Shown in pieces: positions 1 to 9,676 of a stretch of DNA of 64,000 nucleotides. The number at the start of each line of letters is the position of its first letter. Positions within the stretch are counted from its first letter, which is position 1. Position numbers and translations under genes: made by a program. Origin of the DNA: a bacterium (GTDB lineage: Bacteria > Hinthialibacterota > Hinthialibacteria > Hinthialibacterales > Hinthialibacteraceae); contig JBHGBC010000008.1 of assembly GCA_041946805.1 (NCBI GenBank), forward strand, positions 16,991 to 80,990, written 5' to 3'. Below the pieces are notes generated by a model that made no database searches, had not been told where the DNA came from, and worked only from the letters and a program-made list of their open reading frames with translations.

Positions 1-81
1 GGCCGGATTCCGGGATCCCTGGCGCGCTCATGGGGAAGAATCCGCGGGCCGGGGCGAATCTCGCGGAACGAGGTGCGGGTC

Positions 82-729
82 ATGCATCTGCCCGATGGAT
101 TGTTGAGCACGCCGGTATGGCTGGCCTGCGACGTGTTGGCGGGGGGGGCTTTGTATGCCGCCACCCGGAAAAGCCAGCAGCGTTTCGAGGAGAAGACTGT
201 TCCGCTGACCGGCATCATGTGCGCGTTCGTGTTCGCGGCGCAGATGATCAATTTCCCGGTGGCGGGAGGGACATCGGGGCATTTGCTGGGGGGCGTGCTG
301 ACAGCGGTGTTTCTGGGACCGTGGCTGGGCTGCCTGGTGATCTCGCTGGTGTTGATCGTGCAATGTTTTCTGTTTCAGGACGGGGGAGTGGCGGTGCTGG
401 GGGCCAATGTTCTCAACATGGCGGTGACCGGCACGGGGGTGGGGTACTTGCTGTTCGCGCTGGGCAAGAACATCTGGCCCACGCGGCAAGGCTATCTGGC
501 GTCCGTGGCCCTGGGTTCCTGGGTCTCGGTGATGGCCAGCGCCGCGGCCTGCGCGCTGGAAATCGGCTGGTCGGGGACCTATCCCATGTGGCTGACTCTC
601 AAGGCCATGCTGTCGGTGCATGCCGTGATCGGCATCGGGGAAGCGGTCATCACCACTTTCGTTGTGACCACCGTTTTGGTGCTGCGGTCCGATCTCGTCA
701 TGACGTATACCGCGGAGTTGAAATCATGA
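82..729 (+). CDS. cbiM: ECF-type Ni/Co transporter substrate-binding component (CbiM/NikM)
   Basis: N-terminal MHLPDG metal-binding motif (ATG at 82), FVFAAQMINFPV..GTSGHLLGG and FLFQDGG motifs, multiple TM helices. Confidence 0.92.
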   Translation: MHLPDGLLSTPVWLACDVLAGGALYAATRKSQQRFEEKTVPLTGIMCAFVFAAQMINFPVAGGTSGHLLGGVLTAVFLGPWLGCLVISLVLIVQCFLFQDGGVAVLGANVLNMAVTGTGVGYLLFALGKNIWPTRQGYLASVALGSWVSVMASAAACALEIGWSGTYPMWLTLKAMLSVHAVIGIGEAVITTFVVTTVLVLRSDLVMTYTAELKS

Positions 730-1049
730 AAACGCCGGAAATCTGGATCGGTTTAGGATTGGCGCTCTTCGTGGGGACCGTGTTGTCGCCGTTCGCCTCG
801 TCCTGGCCGGATGGATTGGAAAAGGTGGCGGAGCACTATGGATTCATCTCCAAGGCGGCGGAGAAACCGTTGACGCCGGAAGTGATTCCCGATTACGCAA
901 TGCCCGGGATTGAATCGGAGAGCCTGGCGACTGCCGTGGCCGGATTTTTGGGAACGCTGCTGTTGTATTTCGGCGGGTACGCCCTGGCGCGGGGACTGAG
1001 GCGCGCGCCCGGCGTGACGGAGCCGGAGAAGCCCACTCATGAAGCATGA
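726..1049 (+). CDS. PDGLE-domain membrane protein (NikN-like ECF accessory component)
   Basis: ATG at 726 overlaps the cbiM stop; FASSWPDGLEKVA and PDYAMPG motifs; two TM segments. This is the 3' part of track ORF 30..1049. Confidence 0.88.
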   Translation: MKTPEIWIGLGLALFVGTVLSPFASSWPDGLEKVAEHYGFISKAAEKPLTPEVIPDYAMPGIESESLATAVAGFLGTLLLYFGGYALARGLRRAPGVTEPEKPTHEA

Positions 1050-1815
1050 GTTCCTCGACCACCACAGCCTGGGCCATAGTTTCTTCCACCATTTGCATCC
1101 CGGCGCCAAGCTGGTGATGGTGTTGGTTTTCATCCTGTCGGTGGTGACCATCGATCCCGGGCGGGAGGCGGGCTTTATCCCCTACGCGTTGTTGCTGCTG
1201 GCAGGATTGATTTCCACGCGGGTCCCGCTCCGGCATTCGCTGTTCAAAGGCTTGAAGGTGGTTCCCTTCCTGCTGATTATCATTGTGTTCATCCCGTTTT
1301 TGAAACCGGGTGAAACCCTGTGGCAAGGGACGATCGGCTTCCTGCCCATACGGATCACGCGGGAAGGGCTGCAGTTGTTTCTGAATATCCTCATCAAGGG
1401 AAGCATCGCCATTTACAGCATGGTGTTTCTCAATCTGACCACGCCGTTCCACCGCCTTCTCAAGGGCCTGCAATCCTTTGGCGCGCCGCGGATCATCACG
1501 GACACGCTGGCGGTGGCCTACCGGTATCTTTTCGTGATCACAGACGAAAAGGAACGGATGCTCCTGGCGCGCCGGTCCCGCCTGGCCGCCCCCTCGCTGC
1601 CGCTGCAATGGAAAAGCCTTTCGCAGCTGGCGGGGGCGCTTTTTCTGCGTTCGTATGAAAGGGGGGAGCGGATGTACCAGGCCATGTGCGCCCGCGGATT
1701 CCATGGGACCATAGTGGATATGAACGAACAGGCGCTGGCCGCGCGGGACATCCTGACCGCGGCGCTGGTGTCGCTCCTGGCGGTGGCGCTTCGCGTTGGG
1801 ATGGTTTTTCAATAA
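1039..1815 (+). CDS. cbiQ: ECF transporter T component (CbiQ/NikQ)
   Basis: HPGAKL, YRYLFV, ARRSR, LFLRSYERGERMYQAMCARGF motifs; operon context. Confidence 0.92.
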   Translation: MKHEFLDHHSLGHSFFHHLHPGAKLVMVLVFILSVVTIDPGREAGFIPYALLLLAGLISTRVPLRHSLFKGLKVVPFLLIIIVFIPFLKPGETLWQGTIGFLPIRITREGLQLFLNILIKGSIAIYSMVFLNLTTPFHRLLKGLQSFGAPRIITDTLAVAYRYLFVITDEKERMLLARRSRLAAPSLPLQWKSLSQLAGALFLRSYERGERMYQAMCARGFHGTIVDMNEQALAARDILTAALVSLLAVALRVGMVFQ

Positions 1816-1861
1816 GATGAAGCCCCCGGCGGCCGGGGAATTTATGTATGATGGTGCATGC

Positions 1862-2596
1862 ATGGGCGCTCCCGCGATTCGAGTCAAGGATCTGCAATTC
1901 ACGTTTCCCGATGGAACCACCGCCCTGCAGGGTGTCTCCTTTACCGTGGAAGCCGGCGAGAGAGTGGCGGTGACCGGGCCCAACGGGGCGGGAAAATCGA
2001 CCCTGTTGACCCTGCTCAACGGCCTTCTGGGGGCGGACGGGGCCGTGGAAATCTTCGGCGTTCCGGTGATCCCCGCGAATCTGCCCGGAATCCGCCGCAA
2101 GGTGGGATTGGTCTTTCAGGATCCGGACGATCAGCTGTTTTGCCCGACCATCTTCGACGACATCGCCTTCGGGCCCCTGAACATGGGCCTCAAACCGGCG
2201 GAGGTGCGCGGCCGGGTATCACGGGCGTTGGAGCAAGTGGGATTGCCCGGTTTTGAAAAGCGCTCGGCGTTTCATCTCAGCGGCGGCGAGAAGAAACGTG
2301 TTTCGCTGGCCACCGTGCTTTCGATGGACGTGGACATCCTGGCCATGGACGAACCCAGCAGCAATCTCGATCCCCGGTCCCGCCGGTCGCTGCTTCAATG
2401 GTTGCGGGATTGTGATAAGACCCAGATCATCGCGACGCACGATCTCGATTTGGCCTACGAACTCACCGGAAGGACCTTGATTCTGCATGGGGGGAAGATC
2501 GTGGCCGACGGGCCGACCAGAAACATCCTGACCGACCAGGCGCTGCTCGAACGGCACGATTTGGAACTGCCGTTTCAATTACAGAAATCATGGTAG
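1862..2596 (+). CDS. cbiO: ECF transporter ATPase (CbiO/NikO)
   Basis: Walker A GPNGAGKST, FQDPDDQLF Q-loop, LSGGEKKR signature, MDEP Walker B; start uncertain (1796-1862). Confidence 0.93.
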   Translation: MGAPAIRVKDLQFTFPDGTTALQGVSFTVEAGERVAVTGPNGAGKSTLLTLLNGLLGADGAVEIFGVPVIPANLPGIRRKVGLVFQDPDDQLFCPTIFDDIAFGPLNMGLKPAEVRGRVSRALEQVGLPGFEKRSAFHLSGGEKKRVSLATVLSMDVDILAMDEPSSNLDPRSRRSLLQWLRDCDKTQIIATHDLDLAYELTGRTLILHGGKIVADGPTRNILTDQALLERHDLELPFQLQKSW

Positions 2597-2795
2597 CGCG
2601 GGCGGGACGCCTTCTCTCCATATTCCTGGATCCCCTCTTTCACGGGGATGACATCCTGGAACGACTTCGGGATAAAGATCAGCCCACAAGGGGAGAGGGG
2701 AATGGTCTGAATCAGGATGGTCAGGATGCGCAAGATGACCAGGATGGGGTGGGGAGGCAGATTGAACCATGGATGACGCGGTTGGAAACACGGAG
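2594..2795. repeat. Stack of several REP-like palindrome families between convergent genes
   Basis: TGGATCCCCTCTTTCACGGGGATGACATCC (2627-2656, recurs at 47708 and partly at 10640), partial CCC..GGGGAGAGGG (2683-2700), CAGGATG tandem units (2713-2746). Confidence 0.7.
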
Positions 2796-2905
2796 GGTGT
2801 GGAGAATGGATTAGGGGACAAAGAGTCCGCGCCAAGGGTTGCTGATTCCCGTGGGCCCCTGCGATCGAAACGCGATATCCTTCTTCCCATTGAGGGGTTT
2901 ATGCG

Positions 2906-3904
2906 TTACTCCTTCCTCCCCAGCGCGATGCCGGAGTTGACCGCCACGTCCTGCACGCCCTCCCATGTCAGCCCGGCGGCTTCCATCCATGACCGGATCT
3001 CCTCGCGGGTGTAGCAGTTCCCCCCTTCTGTGTTGACCAGCATGTTCACCGCGAACACCGCCGCCCAGGGCGGGGAGGTCCGGTCCGGATCCAGCAGGAA
3101 GTCCTTGACGCAAAGCCGGCCGCCCGGCGCGAGCGCCCGCGCGCATTTGGATACCAGCCGCCGGTTTACTTCGCCCGAATAACTGTGCACGAGGTTGGAG
3201 AGCAGGATGAAATCGTATTCCCCGCCCAGGTCATCTTCCAACGCGTCGGCGGGATGAAACGCAATCCGGTCCAGCAAGCCTGCTTGTTCGACATGGGTGC
3301 GCGCCACCTCCAGGGTTCTGGCGTTGTCGAGGATGGTAATCCGCAGATCCGGATTGCGCCGGCCGAATTCGATGGCGTAGAGTCCCGGCCCGCCGCCGAC
3401 ATCCAGCATGGTCCGCGCACCAGGCAAGGGGATTATCTCCGCGGTTTGCGCCGCGCTGGTCCGCGCCACGTCGGCCATGGCCCGCGCGAAATCGGCGTCA
3501 TCCTCGATCCATCCGGAGTTGGACGTCCCTTCCGGGGCGGGGCGGCCGGTCTTCACGGTGTCGTACAAATGCCCCCAGCGCTCGTAGAGATGGGCCCCGT
3601 GTTTCAAAATCGCGATCTTGGATTTGGGGCTGTCCGGAAGCAGGTATTCCAGAGCCAGATCGCTGTTGTGGTAGAATCCGTCCACCTTGCGCAGCAGACC
3701 CAGCGAGGCCAGCGCGTCGCATAAAATGGTCAGCCCCCGCCGGTCCGCGCCGAGCCGTTCGGCCAGTTCCCTGATGGTTAGGCGTCCGCGGCCGATGGCG
3801 GGAAAGACGCCCAGGCGGTTGGCGGACATCAGGATTTGGGCGGAGGCGTATCCCCGCGACATTTCGTCGAGGGGATCTGAAAAAGGATTGGGGGATTGGC
3901 GCAT
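2906..3904 (-). CDS. SAM-dependent O-methyltransferase (Methyltransf_2 with N-terminal dimerisation wHTH)
   Basis: MLDVGGGPG SAM motif, LLSNLVHSY, LAPGGRL; GGGAGGG RBS before the ATG at 3904. Confidence 0.9.
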   Translation of the reverse strand: MRQSPNPFSDPLDEMSRGYASAQILMSANRLGVFPAIGRGRLTIRELAERLGADRRGLTILCDALASLGLLRKVDGFYHNSDLALEYLLPDSPKSKIAILKHGAHLYERWGHLYDTVKTGRPAPEGTSNSGWIEDDADFARAMADVARTSAAQTAEIIPLPGARTMLDVGGGPGLYAIEFGRRNPDLRITILDNARTLEVARTHVEQAGLLDRIAFHPADALEDDLGGEYDFILLSNLVHSYSGEVNRRLVSKCARALAPGGRLCVKDFLLDPDRTSPPWAAVFAVNMLVNTEGGNCYTREEIRSWMEAAGLTWEGVQDVAVNSGIALGRKE

Positions 3905-4198
3905 GAATTTCCCTCCCGGTTGAGTTTCGTTCACTCTATCTCATTGTATTCAAAGCAGTCAGTTAAGCCAAAGAGCCATCGCTCCCGGCCGCCTGGAGGG
4001 AGTACTCGAGAGTGAGCTGCGCCGAAGCAAGGCTTTCCTCACCTTGATTTTCTCCCTCCGGCCGAGGATCAGGGTGAAGGAAGTCCTGCCAGGGCGAAAC
4101 AGGTCAGCCCGGAGCGGCGCCCTTGGAGCGTTTTGCCGGGGCTCACCTTGTCTCCGCCCAAATGATTGGATTAAGGAAGAAGGCAATCGGGGATTGTT

Positions 4199-4858
4199 CT
4201 ACAGTTTATCCAGTTCATCCAGCAGCACGGAGGCGGCTTCCTCGATCGTCACTACCCGCACTTTCTCCCCGTTTTTGAACAACATGCCTTTCTGATCGCC
4301 GAAGGCGATGCCGATATCCGCCGCCTTGGCTTCCCCCGGACCGTTCACTTCGCAGCCCATGATGGCCACGTCCAGAGGCTTGTCGATCGCGTTCAGGTGG
4401 GATTCGATCGAGCGCACCATTTCGGGGAAATCGGTGCGGCAGCGGGCGCAGGTGGGGCATGAAATGATGCGGATGCCCTTGGAGCGCAACTCCAGCGAAC
4501 GCAGCAGATCGCCGATGGCCGGCAGAGTGTATTTGTACTCGTCATCGGGAAGGATGACGCTCAGTTCCTGCCCGGTCCAGCGGTACAGGATCGGGGATAA
4601 ATACACGACCAGCCGGGGAAAAGTATTCCCGAAGCCCCGCAGGTCCAGCAGGATCTTCCGGGCGGAGATGGGCTGGTCGTTATGCAGATAGGGCATCAAG
4701 TCGTCAAACGAACTCCAGCGCAATTCGTCGATGGGTAGTGAAGCCGGTGAGGGCAGGGATTCGTAGCCATCACATAGCGTGGGAGAAATGTTGCGTTTCA
4801 ACGCTTCCACCCGCTCCGGTTGGGCGGCCACCTTTAAGTTCACGGAAAACAAGGACAT
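4199..4858 (-). CDS. IspG/GcpE C-terminal [4Fe-4S] domain protein lacking an intact TIM-barrel domain
   Basis: IISCPTCARC and VAIMGCEVNGPGEAKAADIG motifs; only 219 aa, with an N-terminus unlike the IspG barrel. Confidence 0.8.
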   Translation of the reverse strand: MSLFSVNLKVAAQPERVEALKRNISPTLCDGYESLPSPASLPIDELRWSSFDDLMPYLHNDQPISARKILLDLRGFGNTFPRLVVYLSPILYRWTGQELSVILPDDEYKYTLPAIGDLLRSLELRSKGIRIISCPTCARCRTDFPEMVRSIESHLNAIDKPLDVAIMGCEVNGPGEAKAADIGIAFGDQKGMLFKNGEKVRVVTIEEAASVLLDELDKL

Positions 4859-4922
4859 ACGTTTTATTTCCTTCTCTATGTCTTACTTATCGAGAATAAA
4901 ATCGGGAAAATCCCTCCCCGAT

Positions 4923-4987
4923 TCCTTCTTCCTCAGGGAGAGAGCCCGGGTGAGGGAATTTGTAGGGGCGGACCTTGGTGTCCGCCC
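4923..4987. repeat. Composite REP-like element (CCTCTCCC/GGGAGAG hairpin + GTAGGGGCGGACC hairpin)
   Basis: Similar composite at 9733-9799 and inverted at 18319-18387 and 25116-25183. Confidence 0.8.
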
Positions 4988-5021
4988 GGGAAACGCACTT
5001 CCCGGATTTACATAACATCGT

Positions 5022-6464
5022 TTACGCAGCGGATTCCGCTTCCGGCCGGCGGTCCCGTTGCAGCAGGTTGCGTACCCGGTGGCAAGCGGCCCGCAGGTAA
5101 TTCAACGCCACGGCGGGCGATCCCGCGTTGCGGAACGTCCGCAAAATGTAGTGTGGCCGTAAGTACATTTTCCACAAAGCTCGCCGCCGCCAGCGTTCCA
5201 GGGCGTCCGCGCCGAGGCTCTGGGTCGAAACCGCTCCCACCGCGTAACCGCCATGCCGCAGCCGTTCGCGGATAATCAGGCCGTTCCCACTCACCAGGCG
5301 GTCCAGTTCCGTCCCCGGCAGGGGAAACGCCACGTTGAAATCGAAGAAGTCCGGATCCAGTCCGGCCGCGAACTCGATCAACGCTCCGATGGATTCGTCC
5401 GTGTCCCAAGGGAAACCGAATACAAAGAAGGCATGGGACCGGACTCCGTGCTTCCGGCACAGGCGGATCGCTTCCCGCGCCTGCTTGGCCGTGGCGCTTT
5501 TTTTCATCCACTCTAGGTGCTGATCGTTCCCGCTCTCCACGCCGAAACCAATCACCCAGCAGCCGGCCCGCTTCATCCAGATCAGCCGTTCCTCGTCGAT
5601 CGAATCCACCCGGCTGTTGCAACCCCAGCGAATGGGCAGTTTGCGCTTCACGATCTCTTGGCACAGTTGCACGACCCAGCGTTTGTTGAGAGTAAAGGTA
5701 TCCGCGTGGAAGAGAAATTCGTGGATGCCGTAGCGGGCGATGCACTCCTCCAACTCGGCCACCACATTCTCTGGAGACCGGTAGCGCACGCTGGTTCCCG
5801 TGAGGGCCGGGACCGAGCAAAAGATGCATTGGTATGGGCACCCCAGCGAGGTGACCACCGTGGTCAACGGATTCCGGGTTTCGGGGCTGCGGTAGTGTTG
5901 GTTATCGATTAAATGACGGGCCGGGAACGGCAGCATGTCCAGGTCCATCAGTTTCTCTTCCCGGTGGGTACGGATCACGCGGTCCCCCTCCCGGTAGGTT
6001 ACGGCGGGGAGTTGAGACCAATCGCGCGATTCCACGAAATCCGGGAGATAGGCGTCCGATTCGCCCCGCAGGATGATATCCAACTCCTGGGATTGGAGGA
6101 TGATATCTTCATCCAGATAGAACAGCGGTTCGCCCTTGGCGGCCGTGATGGCCTGAGGGCAATGCTGCTTGATCAATTCCGCCGCCGAGAGATCGCTCTC
6201 CAACGTGGCGATGGTGGCCGTGAAAATCGCCACATCCGGCTGGATTTCGAGGAGATCCCGCTCCAGGTCACGCCTGGAGGAACGCTGGGCGGGATAATCA
6301 CGCACCCAGACCCGGTGGCCCGCCTTTTCCAACACGGCGGCGGGATACAACAACTCCATCGGCGGGAACACGACGTTGACCGTTTGGTCTTCCACCCGGT
6401 TCTGGCACCGGTTGTCCCGCCGGTAGAGTCCGGACGGTGGATTGAACAAAAAAACTTTTTTCAT
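5022..6464 (-). CDS. B12-binding-domain radical SAM protein
   Basis: CPYQCIFC (CxxxCxxC) motif, RSPENVVAE, FGVESG, N-terminal cobalamin-binding Rossmann region. Confidence 0.9.
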   Translation of the reverse strand: MKKVFLFNPPSGLYRRDNRCQNRVEDQTVNVVFPPMELLYPAAVLEKAGHRVWVRDYPAQRSSRRDLERDLLEIQPDVAIFTATIATLESDLSAAELIKQHCPQAITAAKGEPLFYLDEDIILQSQELDIILRGESDAYLPDFVESRDWSQLPAVTYREGDRVIRTHREEKLMDLDMLPFPARHLIDNQHYRSPETRNPLTTVVTSLGCPYQCIFCSVPALTGTSVRYRSPENVVAELEECIARYGIHEFLFHADTFTLNKRWVVQLCQEIVKRKLPIRWGCNSRVDSIDEERLIWMKRAGCWVIGFGVESGNDQHLEWMKKSATAKQAREAIRLCRKHGVRSHAFFVFGFPWDTDESIGALIEFAAGLDPDFFDFNVAFPLPGTELDRLVSGNGLIIRERLRHGGYAVGAVSTQSLGADALERWRRRALWKMYLRPHYILRTFRNAGSPAVALNYLRAACHRVRNLLQRDRRPEAESAA

Positions 6465-7879
6465 CCGTTTGTAGGTGAAGCCACCGCGGACTCCGCCGCC
6501 GGAACGTCCGCCGGGGGGGCGGTATCCGGGGAAAAAGCCGCGGAGGGATCCTCCGCCGCGCCTTCCGGCGGTGCGGCGGGCGGTTCCGCCGGCGCTACGG
6601 GGAGCGGGGTTACGGCATCCGGTCCGGCCGCCGCTTTTTTCGCCCGGTCCTGCTCGGTCTTCTCTATGTATTGTAGCATGCCCGCGGCCCGTTGCATGGC
6701 GTTGGGCACTTGCGAATAGTTCTGCCGGATCCGCTCGACCGTTTGCTTGGCTTGGTCGAATTTGTCATACCGGATGTACGCGTCCGCGAGTTGGAACAGG
6801 GCGACCAGCGGCCGTTCGGGGGTGGAGGGCTCCCGGATGGCTTTTTCGAGCATATCCACCGCCTCGTTGAAGTTCCCCTGCGCCTCATCCGGGGTGGTGT
6901 CCCGGACCAGCATGGCGATCGCCAGGCGCGCCTGGATGCCGTAATCCGTCTCGGAGTAATCCTTGACCAGGCGCTGGTTCTCGTGCACCAGGACATTCAC
7001 TTCCTCGGGGGTATAGGGTGCGTTCCCGTCCTTTTTGAACAAACTCTCCAGGCTTTTGATCTTCCAGACGATCAACTGCGGCTTGACCTCTTCGGTGATC
7101 GCGGGATTGGTTTGCAGCTGATCATAGATCGTCGCGGAGGAGATGAAATCGCCCGCCGAAGCCCAGGTGTGCGCCCAGTTGATCAGGGCGTTCTGCCGGT
7201 CGGTTTCCAGGCCGACGATCCCCGTCGCGCTGTTCACCACATCCATTTCCTTCTTATAGACTTCCCGCGCCTGTTCGAACTCCCCGCTGGCTTTCATGAC
7301 TTCGGCCGTGCCCGACAGCGCCATCAGCTGGTACTCGAGCGCCGCCGTGGGATCGGTCACCGCGGAACCGGCGATCTGGAGGATCTTGCCGTAATACTCT
7401 TCCGCCGTCGCCGCCTGGGTTTGCTTCGCATAAATGGAAGCCAGGTAACTATAGGCCCGCACCTGGATATGCGGATTGGTGGTGGCCCCGGCGATCTCCT
7501 GGAAATGAGTGATGGATTTATCAAAGAAACCCTCATAAAAATACGTGCTGCCGATCTCGAAATCGGACAGTACCTGGATGTTGGGATCGGTGAACTTCTG
7601 TTTCATCTCCTGGAACACCTTGCGGGCGTTGGCGAAGTCCCGCAGGTCGTAATAGCACCGGGCCAGCATTTCATAGGCCGCCGTGATGTTCTCGTCCTCG
7701 GGAAATTTCTTGATGAAATCCTCGAAATAGAGGGAAGCCCCGATGGGGTCCGATTCCTGGTACGCCCGCACGCCCCGGTTGAACACTGCGTCCGGGGTGT
7801 TGCCCCCGCAGCAGGCCAGCCAGATCGTGATGCCTAGAAACACCAACGCCGGCAGAACGGACTTGTAATCTCGTATCAT
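6461..7879 (-). CDS. TPR-repeat lipoprotein (BamD/YfiO-like N-terminus) with Pro/Ala-rich tail
   Basis: Lipobox WLAC-C, many TPR-like helices (FIKKFPE, AYEMLARCYY), low-complexity C-terminus; 4-nt overlap with the rSAM gene. Confidence 0.75.
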   Translation of the reverse strand: MIRDYKSVLPALVFLGITIWLACCGGNTPDAVFNRGVRAYQESDPIGASLYFEDFIKKFPEDENITAAYEMLARCYYDLRDFANARKVFQEMKQKFTDPNIQVLSDFEIGSTYFYEGFFDKSITHFQEIAGATTNPHIQVRAYSYLASIYAKQTQAATAEEYYGKILQIAGSAVTDPTAALEYQLMALSGTAEVMKASGEFEQAREVYKKEMDVVNSATGIVGLETDRQNALINWAHTWASAGDFISSATIYDQLQTNPAITEEVKPQLIVWKIKSLESLFKKDGNAPYTPEEVNVLVHENQRLVKDYSETDYGIQARLAIAMLVRDTTPDEAQGNFNEAVDMLEKAIREPSTPERPLVALFQLADAYIRYDKFDQAKQTVERIRQNYSQVPNAMQRAAGMLQYIEKTEQDRAKKAAAGPDAVTPLPVAPAEPPAAPPEGAAEDPSAAFSPDTAPPADVPAAESAVASPTNG

Positions 7880-8355
7880 CCTTGTGGTCCTTAAAAGGGG
7901 AGTATCAACCGGTTGGATTATGGAACCGGCCGGCCGTCACCCGTTCCCGGGGAAAGTTCTAGACACGGTTTTCCACGCCCCTCGAACCTCAGGCGCGGAC
8001 AGGGTTTCCATCGGCCTTGACTCTGTTCGTTGTCATTATCCTGGATTCTGTCTGAAACGGAAGCCGTTCGCATGAATCCGCCACGGAAGGGAATGAGGCG
8101 GTCTAACTGGGAAATTGCGAATGCGAGGGAGACTGAAGGGCTCCATCTCCGGCCCGAGGTTAATTCCGGATTTGGGGCTCGTTTCTCTTTCCAGTAGTCT
8201 ACCAAGAAAGTCATCCCTGCCGGGGATCCGTGGCTTTTCCCCTGATCTGGAAGTTCGGACAAGCTCCGCCGGGAGGAGCGGGCGGGATCTCTGGATTGCC
8301 TGATTCGCCCCGCCGTGTCATGATGTAAGCAAACAATCGACGAGGCGTTGCCGTT

Positions 8356-8625
8356 ATGTCTGGATTCCTGATCCTGGTAGCGAACCTGATTCAGCTGTAT
8401 GTGCTGATCATCTTTCTCCGGGTGCTCATTTCTTGGTTGCCGGTCAATCCGTACAATCCGATCGTTCAATTCATCAGTCAAATCACCGATCCCTTGCTGG
8501 ACGCCATGCGGCGTTCGTTCCCCTTCCTGGCGGCGGGCGGGCTGGATTTCAGCCCCATCGCCGTGATTTTTCTTCTCTACATCACCCAAAGCTACCTCCT
8601 GACCATCGCCTCCCGTTTGTCTTGA
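8356..8625 (+). CDS. yggT: YggT family membrane protein
   Basis: LISWLPVNPYNPIVQFISQITDPLL and LDFSPI motifs. Confidence 0.92.
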   Translation: MSGFLILVANLIQLYVLIIFLRVLISWLPVNPYNPIVQFISQITDPLLDAMRRSFPFLAAGGLDFSPIAVIFLLYITQSYLLTIASRLS

Positions 8626-8668
8626 ATCCCCGTTTCCCAATATTCGGCGCCCGCATCACTGTATTACT

Positions 8669-8697
8669 TTGACGAATCCCGCGGGATACCGTACAAT
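8669..8697 (+). promoter_or_regulatory. Sigma70-type promoter for the EEP gene
   Basis: TTGACG-17 nt-TACAAT, followed by an AAGGAG RBS before 8742. Confidence 0.65.
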
Positions 8698-8741
8698 CGG
8701 GTGGATTTCATTCAAAACCAGCTAAAGGAGAACTTGATCCC

Positions 8742-9638
8742 ATGAAACGGTTTGGACTTTGGCTTCTGGCCTTGGCGATGACGGCGGGGATGACGATGGG
8801 CGCGGCGGAGAAAAACGAAACGGTTCTGCGCGTCATGACGTATAACATCCGGTACAACAATCCAGGGGATGGCGTCAACGCCTGGCCCAACCGCAAGGAT
8901 CACGTGGCGGAAATGATCGGTACCAAAGCCAACGCGGACCTGGCGGGCCTGCAGGAAGCCCTGCGGGGACAAATCGACGACCTGGCCGCACGTCTGACCG
9001 GCTATGCCTGGTTCGGCGCCGGGCGCGACGACGGGAAGGACAAGGGTGAACACACGCCCATCTTTTACCGCCAGGAGCGCTTCGAATTATTGGACCACAA
9101 CAACTTCTGGCTATCTGAAACGCCCGAGGTTCCCGGCAGCAAATCCTGGGACGCGGCGATCACGCGGATAGTCACGTGGGGGAAGTTCAAGGAAAAAGCC
9201 AGTGGCATCGAGTTCTATTATTTCAACACCCATTTCGACCACATCGGCCAGCAGGCCCGGACGGAAAGCGCCAAACTGATCTGGAAGAAAATCCAGGCCA
9301 TCGCCCAGGGCGCGCCCGTCTTCCTCACCGGCGACTTCAATGTCACCGAAAAATCCGAGGCCTACCGCATCCTCACCGGCAACACGCCCGAAGCCGCCCC
9401 GGTCTCGGATCTGCGGGACGCCCGCTACCTCTCGCAATCCGGCCATCAAGGCCCCACCTCCACCTTCGTCAACGCGGATTGGACCCAAATCCGCGAGCCG
9501 GAATCGAAGATCGACTTCATTTTCGTCCGCCAGGGGATCCAAGTGCTCAGCCACAAGGTCCTGGACGATCAATATGACGGACGCTTCCCGTCCGATCATC
9601 TGCCGGTGGTGGGAGAGTTGAAATTGGTCCAACCATGA
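8742..9638 (+). CDS. Secreted endonuclease/exonuclease/phosphatase (EEP) family protein
   Basis: Signal peptide; MTYNIR, GLQEA, NTHFDH, TGDFN, IDFIF, PSDHLPV motifs. Confidence 0.92.
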   Translation: MKRFGLWLLALAMTAGMTMGAAEKNETVLRVMTYNIRYNNPGDGVNAWPNRKDHVAEMIGTKANADLAGLQEALRGQIDDLAARLTGYAWFGAGRDDGKDKGEHTPIFYRQERFELLDHNNFWLSETPEVPGSKSWDAAITRIVTWGKFKEKASGIEFYYFNTHFDHIGQQARTESAKLIWKKIQAIAQGAPVFLTGDFNVTEKSEAYRILTGNTPEAAPVSDLRDARYLSQSGHQGPTSTFVNADWTQIREPESKIDFIFVRQGIQVLSHKVLDDQYDGRFPSDHLPVVGELKLVQP

Positions 9639-9676
9639 GGCGGGAAACCGTATTCCGCTGTTGTTGGAGCCGTGGG

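Noticed and set aside
3990..4120. Lysine, glycine or raiA-type RNA (GAGTA, CGCCGAA, GAAGGAAGTCCTGCC, GGAGCG words)
   Set aside because: The spacing and required stems do not fit, and the strand is opposite to the flanking genes; kept only as an unassigned structure.
7880..8355. ncRNA or small gene in the 470-bp divergent spacer
   Set aside because: No recognisable RNA motif or credible ORF; most simply a divergent promoter region.
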